A DNA stretch of 62,948 nt, the filler included, from Choristocarpus tenellus KU-1152 (lineage: Eukaryota > Protista > Phaeophyceae), in the NCBI GenBank assembly GCA_964200185.2. It is 8 parts of 8 records of this genome, joined end to end, with 100 filler letters (N's around TTAATTAATTAA, not from the genome) between each part and the next. Parts side by side here need not be neighbours in the genome. Positions count along the whole stretch, not along the records: positions 1 to 29,674 come from CAXNAD020000102.1; 7 more parts are not named here. The stretch is one strand, 5' to 3'. The number at the start of each line of letters is the position of its first letter. Within the stretch, counting starts at the first letter, position 1. This document shows, piece after piece, positions 1 to 12,800 of this stretch. A program made the translations under genes and the position numbers. The notes beneath the pieces are model-generated. The model saw only the letters and a list, made by a program, of their open reading frames with translations, made no database searches and had not been told where the DNA came from.

Positions 1-1
1 C

Positions 2-34
<33 letters not shown>

Positions 35-1275
35 CCAGATACTTTGACCCAGCTTGGTTCTGAAATGACTCAACCCACAGAGTGAGTACACAACTGTGTA
101 AAGAGATTTATTGTTTCTTGAGGTGTTTTAGAGTTTCTACAGCCTCAACGTTCTGACTTGTAAATCACTGTGCATGATACATTGAATGGGATAACCAATT
201 GGCTAATGCTTAGTTCGGGCAGATCAAAACACATGGATATCAGGCACCACATCTTGTAAAATTTGGTGGTAAGAGGGCACGTTATGACTAGTTACGCATC
301 ATCTGACCTGCAACACATAGGCATACTCACAAACTAATGGGAAATTATATATTTGGAAAAATACAGACAAATGCTTAACTTGAAAGATAGGCATAATTTT
401 TTGTGCCTTTTTTTGTTTTTCATAGAGTTGTGTTATTTCTCAGTTGCCTTTTGAGCTTTACACTGAAGACTAGTGATTTTGCTCATTGATGACTGATCTT
501 GGGAGGGTGTTCATAAAGACTCTTCCCACTATACACCTAGGATCACTAGTCATAAATGGAATACAACGATTGCTATTGCAACAGTGTAGATGATAGCAAG
601 AGCATTCATTGTTATGATTGATATACACAAATCAATAAGATATATTACCTACGGGTGCATGGAGACATTTATGCCCCCATGCTAGGATAATGAACCACTC
701 TCAATCTTCTCTGCCTTCCTCTTCACCTTTACTTTGTCCTACATAAATGGGATAAATGTACTCCTGGATTTTCTGGATCTCATCAGAACCTGTATCTTCA
801 TACAGAGGGGGACTGGTTTCAACACTCTGCTCTAGAGGGATGAATACAGAGGATTTTGCTGCTAACAGGTGATACCATGTTCCTGTCTAGTCATCCTCCT
901 TTCTCCAAGAAGTGTTGAATAACCTATGTGTTATCCTTACATTGTATGTGCTGATACAAGTATACAACATAGTTTTCATATACATTTATCTTTGGTTGGT
1001 ACAATAGAAAGTTGTAACGTCCAAAACGGTAGGACAAGCCAGTGTTTATTCATACGTCAGTGATATTGGACAGCTGGCGGGCAATTAATAATTCACTCTT
1101 CTTGTTGAATAGCTTAGCGCATGAAAGGCTCGTCGCCCAACATGGTGAACATACATCATCAGCTATTCAACAAGAAGAGTGTGATAAGATGTTTCAATGT
1201 CATTGCCATGACTGAAAGGCGTAACCGAAAGTGCAAAGTTTCAAATTCCTGGGAAACAAGGTCTTCCCGGTTAAC

Positions 1276-2104
1276 CTGTAAAAACAGTTTCTATCACCCT
1301 CGATCTCGTGTGTCGTGAACTTCTCCTCCAGATCTTGAGGAAGAAGGCCTTGAGTAACAGCATCTACAGTTCCCTTTCTCAGCCTGGCGAGTGCAGAGGG
1401 TTCAATGCTACGTAAAATTCCAAAGATTTAGGAAAATAGGTCGTGTAGTTGGGTCCAACTTATCAATCCCTCCACCTCCTGCCCAGCTACACACACCTAT
1501 GTTATCCCGTTTCCCTTTCCCCCTTCCCCCTTCGCACTTACCACTCACTTGAGACCTTGCATGTAGAGCAGTCCTTTGGCCACCTCATTTTCCGTCGAAC
1601 CAACTGCATGGCCCACTGATTGGCCAACAGACATCCTACAATGAAAAGTATGACCCAGTTACACCTTGTACAATATGGTCTGCGATAGACGCTGCTTCTA
1701 CAGGTCAAAGAAGCTCTCTACTGGCATAGTGCATGTATCGTATTGTGCTTTCACGCAAGGGTTCCCCTACATCAGATTTCACTTCGAGCCACACAAAACT
1801 ATCAAATAGGTGCATCACAATTCGCGAATGGGGTAAATTGCGATGAAACATCACCACACTTCCGAACTACCATAGAGCCCTCACCTCCACGCTAAAGACG
1901 GTTCTGTAAAATTTCAGCTACAAAAAAGCGCACGAATTGGCTTCAACAGCCTTCCATGGCATCGTAAAACGATTCTAGAAGTTGTCACACCTTGATCATT
2001 TGCATATCTTGTGTAAGACAACATTGGTGATCGATGTCAAGCAACTCTTGATTGGAGTGTTTGATGTGGATGAAAGTATTATTGTTTGGAATGGTTAGTG
2101 ACAT
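1276..2104 (-). pseudogene. Possible OTU-like cysteine protease gene or pseudogene (partial exon model)
   Basis: AG/GT-bounded exon 1383-1276 translates LRKGTVDAVTQGLLPQDLEEKFTTHEIEGDRNCFYR, resembling the OTU catalytic motif (GDGNCxxR). Candidate upstream exons at ~1636-1542 and 2104-1991. The downstream continuation does not splice cleanly. Confidence 0.35.
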
Positions 2105-2405
2105 AAAAAGATATACCCTTTGACTCTCTATTTTCAATACAAAAATAAATCCCTTTTTTAAACCCAGGACCCACACCTCATCTCTGACATCTTCTCATCC
2201 CTCGCTTTCAACGACGAAACGATCCGAAAGGTATGCCATGGGCAAGGGACTCATCTTTGTCCTACTTCTTGATGTGAAGAACTTGTTATCCACCTGCAGA
2301 AACCGACTCTTGCACAAGTCTGTAGACTTCCCCCCTTCTCCATTCCCCAGACATCACTCCCTTAGGTTGCCTTGCTGCATTGCCAATCCAGGTGCCTGTA
2401 ATATT

Positions 2406-3414
2406 ATGAGTGAACCGGCTAAGTCCGAGGGCGGCGATGATGCTAAGGAAACAATTACCATTCGTGTAAGGGACCAGGTGAGGTGATGAAACTTCGTTTT
2501 CTTCATTCTTGACTAGGTCCCTACTGACGAGGCATCGGTGTGCCTATCCCTTCCTCTTTTGGGAAGGGCACTTCCGCGCTGTGAGTCTTATGTGGCATAT
2601 CTGTGTATCTCGCTAACCGTCAAGATATTTCTCCAGTAAACGTTTTCCATACGCCCAGTCGCTCTTTTGGTCATGTGATACCTAGGAGTTCCAAGACCCT
2701 CGGGACAGATCCAAGTATCATGGTCATTTTCATCTCTTTCGCTGGGGACAGATGCACTTAGTCGAAAGTAAAGCAGAATACCAACACGACCTGTTAAAGG
2801 CAAAAAACAATTCAGAAGTGTAGAATGAGTCAAATCAAAATCCCCCCCGTTATTTTCAAGCTGCCAAACAAACACGAAAATGCCAACCGAGTGAAGTACC
2901 TCTTACGCCATGAGATACGCACACACTGTCCACGTTGTCTTTCAGGCAAAAACTGCATTTCTATACACACCTTAGCATGACATTTTGAGTAGAGGTATGC
3001 CATTTCATTCACTGCGGGTCCCAGGTGGTCTGCTTATGAGTGCATATCCCATCTCTGGGGGAAAGTGTACTGCTGCTTTTCGTTTGGTGGTCAGCATTTT
3101 TTTTTCTGGAATAAATTTTGGCTATGTCAATAGATGAATGTCGACCAACTAAAGAAGACGATCCGCTTTCAACCACCTTTTTTTCTTTTTTTTCTTCGCA
3201 GACAGGGGAAGAGACCTTCTTCAAGGTGAAGAAGTCAACTCGCATGGAGAAGGTTTTTTCCACATACGCACAGCGCAAGGGTGTAAATGTAGCTGCCCTG
3301 CGTTTCCTCTTGGATGGTGAACGTGTTAGCCCTGATGCCACCCCCAAGGCCCTAGACCTTGAAGATCAGGATCAAATTGATTGCATGTTGGAGCAGCAGG
3401 GAGGAAGAGCTTGA
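2406..3414 (+). CDS. SUMO: Small ubiquitin-like modifier (SUMO); exons 2406-2477 and 3202-3414
   Basis: Spliced protein MSEPAKSEGGDDAKETITIRVRDQ|TGEETFFKVKKSTRMEKVFSTYAQRKG...LRFLLDGERV...LDLEDQDQIDCMLEQQGG-RA*. SUMO-type sequence with di-Gly and a 2-aa extension; GT-AG phase-0 intron. Confidence 0.96.
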
Positions 3415-4192
3415 TGATTGGTGGAATGAGTCAAGCCACCTCTTTCGAGACGATTCGTGTTTGAAAAACTGTAGAAGGTTGAGGGCTTGAATGATAAGTG
3501 AGCTGAAAAGGATACTCTATTGGATCATTACTTGGGCACACTTATATGACAATCTCCACCATGTAATTGCAACCAGGTTTTCCACTTAAGAACAGGTTCC
3601 TCCACACCTCTTCATTGTATCAATTTGTTTGATATGTAAGGATCTGATTCTGTTCCACTGTACGTGGCTTCAAAGTCCAATCTGACTTCTCCAGACAAAA
3701 TTTTCTGTGACAAAAGGAGGGTAGAGCTTGCAAGAATTACATACAGTGTCCTCTAGAGGTCTAGCTACTGCTTTTTGTTGTGAGAGTTATTTTTTGTGCC
3801 CCTCATTCTTACAAACATGTTCCTAAAGATTGGTCAAGCTTTCGGAAGCTATTCATCGTCTTCCAATTATTTTTCCTGCTTGCAATGGATTTTCAATACC
3901 CTTTCCTAGGACACTGCCTTGAGAACGATGAGCAGCAAGATAAGGTGGTTGATGGTTGACTCTAGTGCATATATTAGAGGGAGAGAGGAACATATAGTCC
4001 AGGAGTGGAATGTAGTACCTAAATTCAGTTAGGCGCAAGCCAATTTGCAAGGCAAGAAAAAAACATCTTAGACTAATTTGTGCAATGGACACTGATGATT
4101 CACCTCAGTTCACAGTTGTGCACCTGAATCACACTGGAGATATTCATTACTTTGCTCCCAAACTCAGCAAGATTCATCCACCCTACCTCATA

Positions 4193-6731
4193 TCACACAA
4201 ACCGGTCTGCATACTGCTCATCAGAGCACCGGCATTCACGAAGTTTTCCCATTATGCTGTAGCGGTTGTTGGCCACTGTGTCGTACAGATGATCCCTTAC
4301 AAACTGCAGATCAAGTAGAAGAAAAGGGAAGGGGCAAGGTTAGGAATTACTGTGAACTGTGTCTTGAAATGATCACAACACTTTCCAAGATGCCTTTCCA
4401 AGATGCCAGGAGAAAAGCAATCGTTTCCCCATCTACACCTTGGTCGAATTTGTATTGCTTACCAAATTTGTTTCAACTAAACAACACACCCACCACCCTC
4501 TAGCAGACAGAACTGAAACACATCCAAGTTGATCTTTACTACCTCGTACCTTTGGCACAAGTACACCTGGTTGAACCAGCACACCGACTACTCCCCCAAT
4601 TAGTTTCCCAATGCGCAGGACAGCATCAGACTGGACATAAGAAGAGCCATTATCCTGAACAAGAACAATGCTGGAATCAACAGCAGTGAAAGCATTTGCC
4701 TAATTAACTTAGGGACAAGTTTGATGCTCTACAGCTTAGTCCCAGATCAGCTACAGGATTCAATCCATCAGTCTACATGCATGTTTAATAGCTTCCTCAA
4801 TTAATATCATGACCATGGAATGGGTTGTCAATTTTTCACCTGGAAAGGTCATCAGGAGATCTGCCTGAGAAGGCAAGCAATGCACGCCCTGTATCCCCCT
4901 GTAACGGTGAAAAGCGCAACTTGGCGGACTTGTCAAGGTCAAGGGCCAGATTGACCCAGGTATTACTGGCATGAGTGTGGATTGGAATGGCAAAGGGTGT
5001 CCAGGCCAATATGGAGGCATTTAATTGTCAGATTCCTCATGTTGTCAATACATTGAATGAAAAAATCACCAGATGCAAGAAGCAATCACTCCATGAGCTG
5101 TTTGGGTATACCTAGAATCGGTCTAAAATTGTTTGGGTACTTACGAGTACATCATATGTAAATAGTCAAACTAAAGCTATTGAAGGCGGGGAGAGATGCA
5201 AATGAGGGTGGGGGGTGGATATTAACACCTTCTCAAAGAACTACTTAGATGCATAGGGTTGATAACCCTAAAAACCAGTCAAGTGAGGATTACATGTAGA
5301 GGATTTGAATAACTTCTTCCACACAAGACAAATGAGTGCATGATGTGATCACCAGATTCCTTGTAGGTAACATGCTGGCTGCGTAGGAATTAAATAGCCT
5401 CATCTGCCTGGTACAGCTCTATTGCAGTCTCAAGCAAAGCTACTGTGACTATGCAGCCCTTTTGCATCCCTGACTAACTAAAGGACTATCCAACATAGAG
5501 AAAATCTCTAGATGTTCTACTAGAATATTGACCTGTTGTCTTGTATGCAAGCTGAATTGTTGACATTGTTAAAAACACTGCCTCTCAAAATATGATGACC
5601 AGAACAGTTATCATTCCGCCCAAAATGTTAGTGTTATAAAACAATTGGGTTGAGACTGCTCCCATCATATATGGTCCTAAACAAAGTGATAGTAAATGTG
5701 TTGTAAATCAGCGGACAAGCGCAGCAACTAAAACAAGTTAAGAAGTACAAGCACCTGAATTGCATGTAGAAAACTTTCGAATAAGCATCATTCCAAATGG
5801 GAGTGTCAATTGTGGATCAAGCGCTGAATGACATTAGAGATTGGATCCCCACGCAAGTCCGAGTTTTGGTGAAGCCATGCTTAGCGTCTTTAGATCTGAT
5901 CAAATTTCATGTTACCAGTCCTGGGTCAGGCCAGAGCCCCGATCGCATCAGTCATGTGGATTAGACGACACAGTTCAGGTCTTGGGGAAATTCAACGACC
6001 CAGACCCTCTCATCCCCAATTTTCCATCCCTTTTGTACTGCCACACCTTCTCTCAATCTTACCAGAAAACACACACACCGTCGTAAAGCACCACGGGTCG
6101 CCTGTCTACCGCAAACACCACCTTCCCGTTATCTTGAGGAGTCACACCTCCTTCTCCCTTTTGTACTCTGGCTCTAATCTGTTGTAGTTGAGGGCCTGGT
6201 GGGAGGAGGAGAGGATAGGCGGAGATGCCAATACTCTAAAGGTTATCTTCGGAGTAAGGAAAATATTCGACAATGAAAACCTTAACGATAGCAAAAGCGT
6301 GTACTGTATGAAATATTCTGTCTACATAGTGTTAGATGCTAGAAATAGCAGTTCAATGACATCACACACGCAAGAGTCTTTCGATTTCTGCGAAGTTAAC
6401 ATGTAGACATTGCCATGTTACTCATCACCTTGTCTTGTTCGTAAAACTGGAGAACATATAGGGAATGATGGGGTCATTTTTACAGTCCTCTTTCTTGTTA
6501 TGTCTCCTAAGCATAACTACTAGCATCGATGCGTTGTTGCAGGCTATCCCCACAGACATCGTAGCATGCCTCCTGCTTCAACCAACTTTTGTATTGTAGC
6601 ACAATCGGAATTACAGCGGAACACACACCATATCGAGGGTCTCTGTAGAGAGGAGAAGGGATCAATAGGAAGCCATGGGTCAGGCCAATAACTAATCCTA
6701 TGAAAATGGTAACAATTTTTTTCATTACCAT
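4193..6731 (-). CDS. DCC1-like (DUF393) thiol-disulfide oxidoreductase, probably plastid-targeted; 5 exons (~6731-6629, ~6194-6063, ~4963-4840, ~4671-4551, ~4303-4193)
   Basis: Spliced frame reads RRPVVLYDGVCVFCNTWVNLALDLDKSAKLRFSPLQGDTGRALL...SIVLV...SDAVLRIG...VPKFVRDHLYDTVANNRYSIMG. Contains the DxxCxxC signature; intron phases agree; hydrophobic signal peptide ending THG-FLL. Confidence 0.92.
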
Positions 6732-6883
6732 TGTTGAGTTGTAGGTGAGTTTGTTTCGATGTAGAGTAGTTGGAATGACCTCAATTATTTTTTTCATGCA
6801 CGAAACCGTCCAAACTAGGAGTGAACAATTTATGTAAAGGTTCGCTCAAGGCATCCATACTACCAGCCCACCCTCCTCTTCCA

Positions 6884-8395
6884 ATGTCGCCAAGTGGAAG
6901 GCGAGGGAAGGGAGACTCCGTAGTGGTGGATACTTCGAAGGTATAGTATCCTGTCTATATGATACGGCCATGAAAATGGACGAGCAATTTGTCAGAGTCT
7001 CATTGAAGGGCTGATTTGCCATTCCCACAACTACACTACAAGGAGCGCCATTTATTGTGACGACAAACACGGGGCTGGACCTTTAAGCAACAAGTTAGAG
7101 TATGAACTTTGTCCGTTCATTAATAACTTTCCGTAACGTCCCAATTGCGCACCGTCACCCCGGCAGACTTCCCTACCTTCCCTTCTTCTGACTTTGTTTA
7201 ATACTTTCGAATTTGTGTTAAAAAGGTTCCCAAGAACGCCAAGGGTGGAGTTCTAGTTACAGAGGAAGATCTGAAGGCAGCGTTTGAATTCTTTGATGTA
7301 GAAGGGAAAGGGAAAATAACTGCGCCCATCCTCCGAAAAAGATTGGGAGCACTCTTTCCCAACATGAATGCCAAGGTGGGTGGCTGACATCACTGTAGTA
7401 TTGTGATGGAGTGAGCATGCCTTGCACATTACACACATTTTCAAAATATGTACTTATATCTAGGTATCCACAACATATGTCTCTTGAACAGGAATATCGC
7501 TTTCTGATGAATAACAAGCAAGAGATGACTCTGGATGACCTTAGGGAGGTACTTCTGGACAATGAAGTCACTAACTTCGACCCAGTTGCAGAGGCCTTTC
7601 AGGTGTTACATGCATGCTGTGCTCAGGGTAGGAATGTTTTTGAATTGGTCCCCAATCACCCCTACCAGGGCCATCAGCATCTTGGATATTGAACATGATT
7701 AACAAAAAATTCAAACTTACCACAGAGAGATGGCCAATCAGTTTCTCAAGAAAAATTCTCAAAAAGAGGAATACAGATGTAGTATGCCACTTCCAAGATG
7801 AAAAATTCAAACCTAGAGAAGTCTCAAATATGGTTAGGTGCTTATTGAAAGGCATTTCAGTGTGCTATGGAGTATCCACTTGCTCTATGCCTTCACAGTA
7901 TATATTGCAACCAACAAAACAACTTATGGCAGCATTGGTGATTGCATGTCAGTTCAAGATCCTCACTTCAAAGAGCTACACTGTCCTGTTGGTACTTTAG
8001 TTTGCCTTTTCACGGGTGAACCAACGCTACGTGCTAATGTGAAGTACCACACACAGCAACTGATATCCTTGATGGTTTTGCCTCAACATATTCCTCTACA
8101 TTGCAAACATTGGCAGGCTTTTGATCCAGAAGGAACTGGTTACATGGATAGGGAAGTGGTTCGTACTGTATTTCAGAAAGTAGGATATGGCATGATCACT
8201 GACGAGGACCTTGACACTCTGGTGGAGGCTGCTGATGGCGACAGTGATGGAAGAGTTGGTCTCGAGGATTTCCGCCAAATATGTGTCCTCGGTACCATGA
8301 CACCAGAGTCAGCAACAGAGGAGATCACAATAACAGCGAAGAGGAAGGATGAGAAAGATGTAGGGGTGGGAGCTGGTGAGGACAGGCAACCTTAA
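6884..8395 (+). CDS. EF-hand calcium-binding protein (calmodulin/centrin-like); exons 6884-6940, 7226-7375, 7492-7602, 8117-8395
   Basis: EDLKAAFEFFDVEGKGKIT, AEAFQAFDPEGTGYMD and ADGDSDGRVGLEDF EF-hand loops; all three introns are phase-0 GT-AG. Confidence 0.9.
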
Positions 8396-9884
8396 TCACC
8401 GGCAAGGTTAGCTCATTCAAATATCGGCCTGTTTTGCTTGGTTCAGTTATGAAATCCCCTCAGGTAACTTTTCTGTGACAGTCCTAGTTCATGAAAGCAA
8501 GAACTCCAAGCAGGCCACAACATTGCACATGACTCGATTTCAATGAATGGATTGAGAACACGAAAGGAGGTAATAGTCAAGCTTTAACATTTCCCTAACA
8601 AAATTCCTCCCTGATATTATCCAGAATCAGGAATCAGTGAGTTGCATCTATGTCGAAATCTACACATTTAGGGTGCTATGATAGTGCTATCCCATAGCAT
8701 GATACGCATAAATATATATATGTGTATCCCAAAACAAAATTAGATACTTCAGCTTTGCTCAACAAAATCACGACATAATATCATACTCTCACATTTAACT
8801 TGTGGGTACAAAAAACTGTGCAGGGTGGTTTGATAGCTGTGTACAATCCACTCATCCACTCACATAGTCTCTTTCTTACCCATATGCTAATGCATATGTG
8901 TGATTTCCTTTTGTGATTTATCTGTTTGCTGAACCACGAACCACTTCCAAATATTCAGAGAACATCAACTCACAGAAGATTTACAGCAAGCAAAAGTACC
9001 CAGCATAAACACTTGGCTATGTGGGTCCAACTACTGATTTGAATCAACACCCAAGTGGGACAAGGATAAGAATTGCAGTTGCCTGACCACCAAGGGAAAG
9101 GCATAATACACTCGAAGAGGAAACCTTCAAGAAACACATGGACATGATGAGTCCACAATGATCTTCCAGGAACTCCCAGAAAGCCCTTCAATGCTACACA
9201 AAACACAACACTGGTATCTTTAGAGTATGCAGGAGACTGGGTGGCAAGGTGGTTTCAAGAAGACAGCCGAGAGCAGGATATCCTGTAAATCTTGCATGTT
9301 CATAATCAATCCAGTATCTCTCCGAGAGGGAACTTGCAGATACAAGTAATAAATGCTGGTGACTTTCTGCACACAGGTCAGAGTTGTCAGCAGGATGGAC
9401 AATGTGGAGACAATAAATTAGAACAGAAGCAAGATCAGCATGACCTGTTTCAATCCAACAATTTTCTAATCAACATATGTTGATGCACTCATCATTGTGC
9501 CGCTTGTAGAAAACGAAATGTTGATGTTGAAGTATTCCTAACACCTCATTCACTTGGTCTCAACTGCTAATAATGTATATTGTACTAAAGGAAAGTGCTC
9601 CACTGTCTCACCAACAACAAAACGTAGACCAAGCTCTAAATGGGCACGTGCACGTGTACTCTAAGAGACCATACCTCTCAAATAATATTAACTTACACCT
9701 GCCATTGTTATCCATTTCATTGCATACATCCAGCTCCATTCCCAGAAAGCTAAAGGTTTGTGCATTATGTACCCAGGAACACCACATGTGACATCACAAC
9801 CCAAGTATCCATGTATCTTTATACATACAGTGTGTGCTACGTGACATACTTTGTAGCATTTCATCCTCAATCAAGGAAAACAAT

Positions 9885-12800
9885 TTATACATCCATTACT
9901 TCTTCCAGCAGAGGCTTGCGCTCCCCTTGGAGGTACTGCTCTCGCTCCACCTGTCAAGGTTGGACAAAAGGCAGGGTTGTTTGTAACTTAGCTCTATACT
10001 TGGCGACACTGAGAATGACATCTGGGTCATGATGTACTATTTGAAAATGGAAAATGACTAAGGAGGCCCATTGGAAAGATGATCATGGCGAGCAAAAAAG
10101 TACCTTGATAGGCTTTAAAAAATAAGCATAAGAAGATGACAACTACTCCTACAATTGTGGTTCACCCTATGGTCTATACTAATCTACACCTACACAATGT
10201 TGGAAGAAGTTAATGATGTAGTTTGTGTGCATTTGATGCACATTACCATCCAGTGCCCCTATAATATTATTTTTAGTCGCGGACTTTCTTGGAGTAGTAC
10301 ATTTATAACTATTATACTAGAAGTAGTACATTTATAACTATTATACTAGAAGTAGTACATTTATAACTATTATACTAGGAGTAGTACATTTGTAACTATT
10401 ATACTAGAAGTAGTACATTCATAACTATTATACTAGAAGTAGTACATTTGTATTCGCCCTATCACCACACATGACATGACATTATCACTCACAGTCAAAT
10501 CTTCCTCGGCCTCTTCCTGATGATGAGCAATATGCAACAGTAGCAGGCCTACACCAATCATGACAGATCCCACCCACTCCACCACACCCAATTTGTCATT
10601 GTGTATCCATAGTGCAAGTAGGGCTGTTAGTAGAGGCCGTGAAGTGCCTGATGCCATCACCACGGAGGCAGGGAGTCGAGCAATTGCCCAAGATATGGCA
10701 TTCCAGTTGAAGAAGGATACCTGTGGCAGGAATAGTGAATTTTTTACATTAAAATACACAGTAAAATGCACCTGATGAGGACCAATACAGTCCCATCACA
10801 AACAAGAACAAATTGCAGTCTCAATACCTTACATCAACCTCAACTGAAAATGCAGCATCAATCATGATCTCAATACCTGTAGAGTCAGAGATCAGAGACG
10901 CAAAAAGAAGTTGATCTGTTTGTGAATTCAGCTAGGAATGAGCTGGAAAGTGTCATTTCAATTCCAAACATCTCAAATGACTGTAGTCTATACTAACCCA
11001 AGAGATAAGTATCCATCCAATTTGAAAGGGTACAAATGGCTGTGCACTTAAGGCTGCAAGCAAGGTTGTGCAAATAGGACCAAAACTTGCAATGAGAATA
11101 TCTTAAAGGGAGCTTGCAAACAGGTGTTTGGGGTGTTTGCTACTGAATGAAATTATAGGTTTTGCCTAAAAATTTCAAGGGTCAGTTAGGGATATCCCAA
11201 CCCACAAGGCTCCTAAATGTCCAAGACCCAACCTAATCTCCACCAAATTGTACAGCACTCACCACCAGAGCACCATAGACAATTGCAATCCATGGCTCAG
11301 CACGTCCTTTAAGTCTGCATGGGCAACAAAAAAGCACATGTAGAGTGTATCAGTATGAAAAACCAACACTCCACAAGTGCAGACACTGTCTTGATCAAAC
11401 CTTCAAGTTTTATTGCAAACCGCACATACATACACAAATACATACACCATCAGTACCTACAATCTTATCTATGCATCTGTAAAGGATGCACTAAAGTAGA
11501 GTATACATTACACAAGTTCAAATCAGTGCTTGAAGTCAAACAATAATTGTAACACCATTAGGTCATGTACATAATTCCAACATATGGTGTCGAGATATCA
11601 GATCAGAGACACAAAAAGGAAAAATATACCTTCTTCAAGCCTGCACAGTTAGCATAGTACAAGTACTGGACAAGGTCCTGCTCACCCAAAATCTCTGAGT
11701 TGAGTGTTGCTGAAGATGCATGCAAACAGGGTGAACACAGTCCCAACTATGTAGTACCATGCTGTAACTGATGCTGGGTGGTACCTATGAAGAAGATCAC
11801 AGAGACAGATAATACCCTTGAGTCCGCCAATGATGCAAGAAGAATATCTCATTGGCCAAGATGATTGAAAATGTCACCGAAGGGCCAGGAGGACACATGG
11901 AAACAAAGCATGCTTCCAAATCTTCAACACATTCAGCAATTGTAAGAAAATGAACTAACAAGTAAAAGACAAGCAGATTCTGACAGGAAACACTTGGACT
12001 TCAAGAAAGAAGAGATTTCATGACTAGCAGCATTCAACCCTATTAAGAAGATATATCACGACTGGTGTAAGTCAGAGAGTGTGCACAACTCCTCCATATG
12101 TCACACTATCTACTAATGTTTTGACATGTTCCACTTCAAAAGACCACACTATAATACAGTTGACACTATCAACAAAAAAAATATCATCATACACTATCAA
12201 CATGAAAATACTTCCTACGACCATACCAGGAGTAGTCTATCTAGTACATGGAGATCCAGTAGTGTAGCAACATACCATTACCGACACAGCCTAAACAATT
12301 GTGTGCTAGATGTTTTTGTTGCTGGTCCAATCCTGACTGTACTGAACTAATACACAGGATGCCTAAGTTCTCCTACAAAAAATCATCACGTGTCTGTCAA
12401 GGATGTAAACATCTAATCAGATTCTGCAGTACATAGATCCACCTAACACATAGATATTTGCACACCACACCTACTAAAATACATACTAACACTGCACAGT
12501 CACTGACAGACAAAGAGCAGCCAACCTGGCAGTATCCACCCTGTGGTATCATCAGCATTAATATTGAAGTACTCCAATTACTCCAAATACTGCTTCAAAG
12601 TACAGCAAGTTGTAGTGGACAACAATCAACAAGAGCTGGAAGAAAAAAGAGCATCCTGTGCAAAATCGCAGTTGTGAAACCATAAATCCCCACACACTTG
12701 TATTGCAGAGCTCTCAACTAGTTTGGGAGATACAATATTTCAAGCATTGAATTGATCATCACATTGTTGATTTGTGTCTATCGATTCTGTGGTCAGTCAA

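Noticed and set aside
10292-10450. 29-bp repeats resembling a CRISPR array
   Set aside because: Repeats are contiguous with no spacers, lie in a eukaryotic intron, and no cas genes are present.
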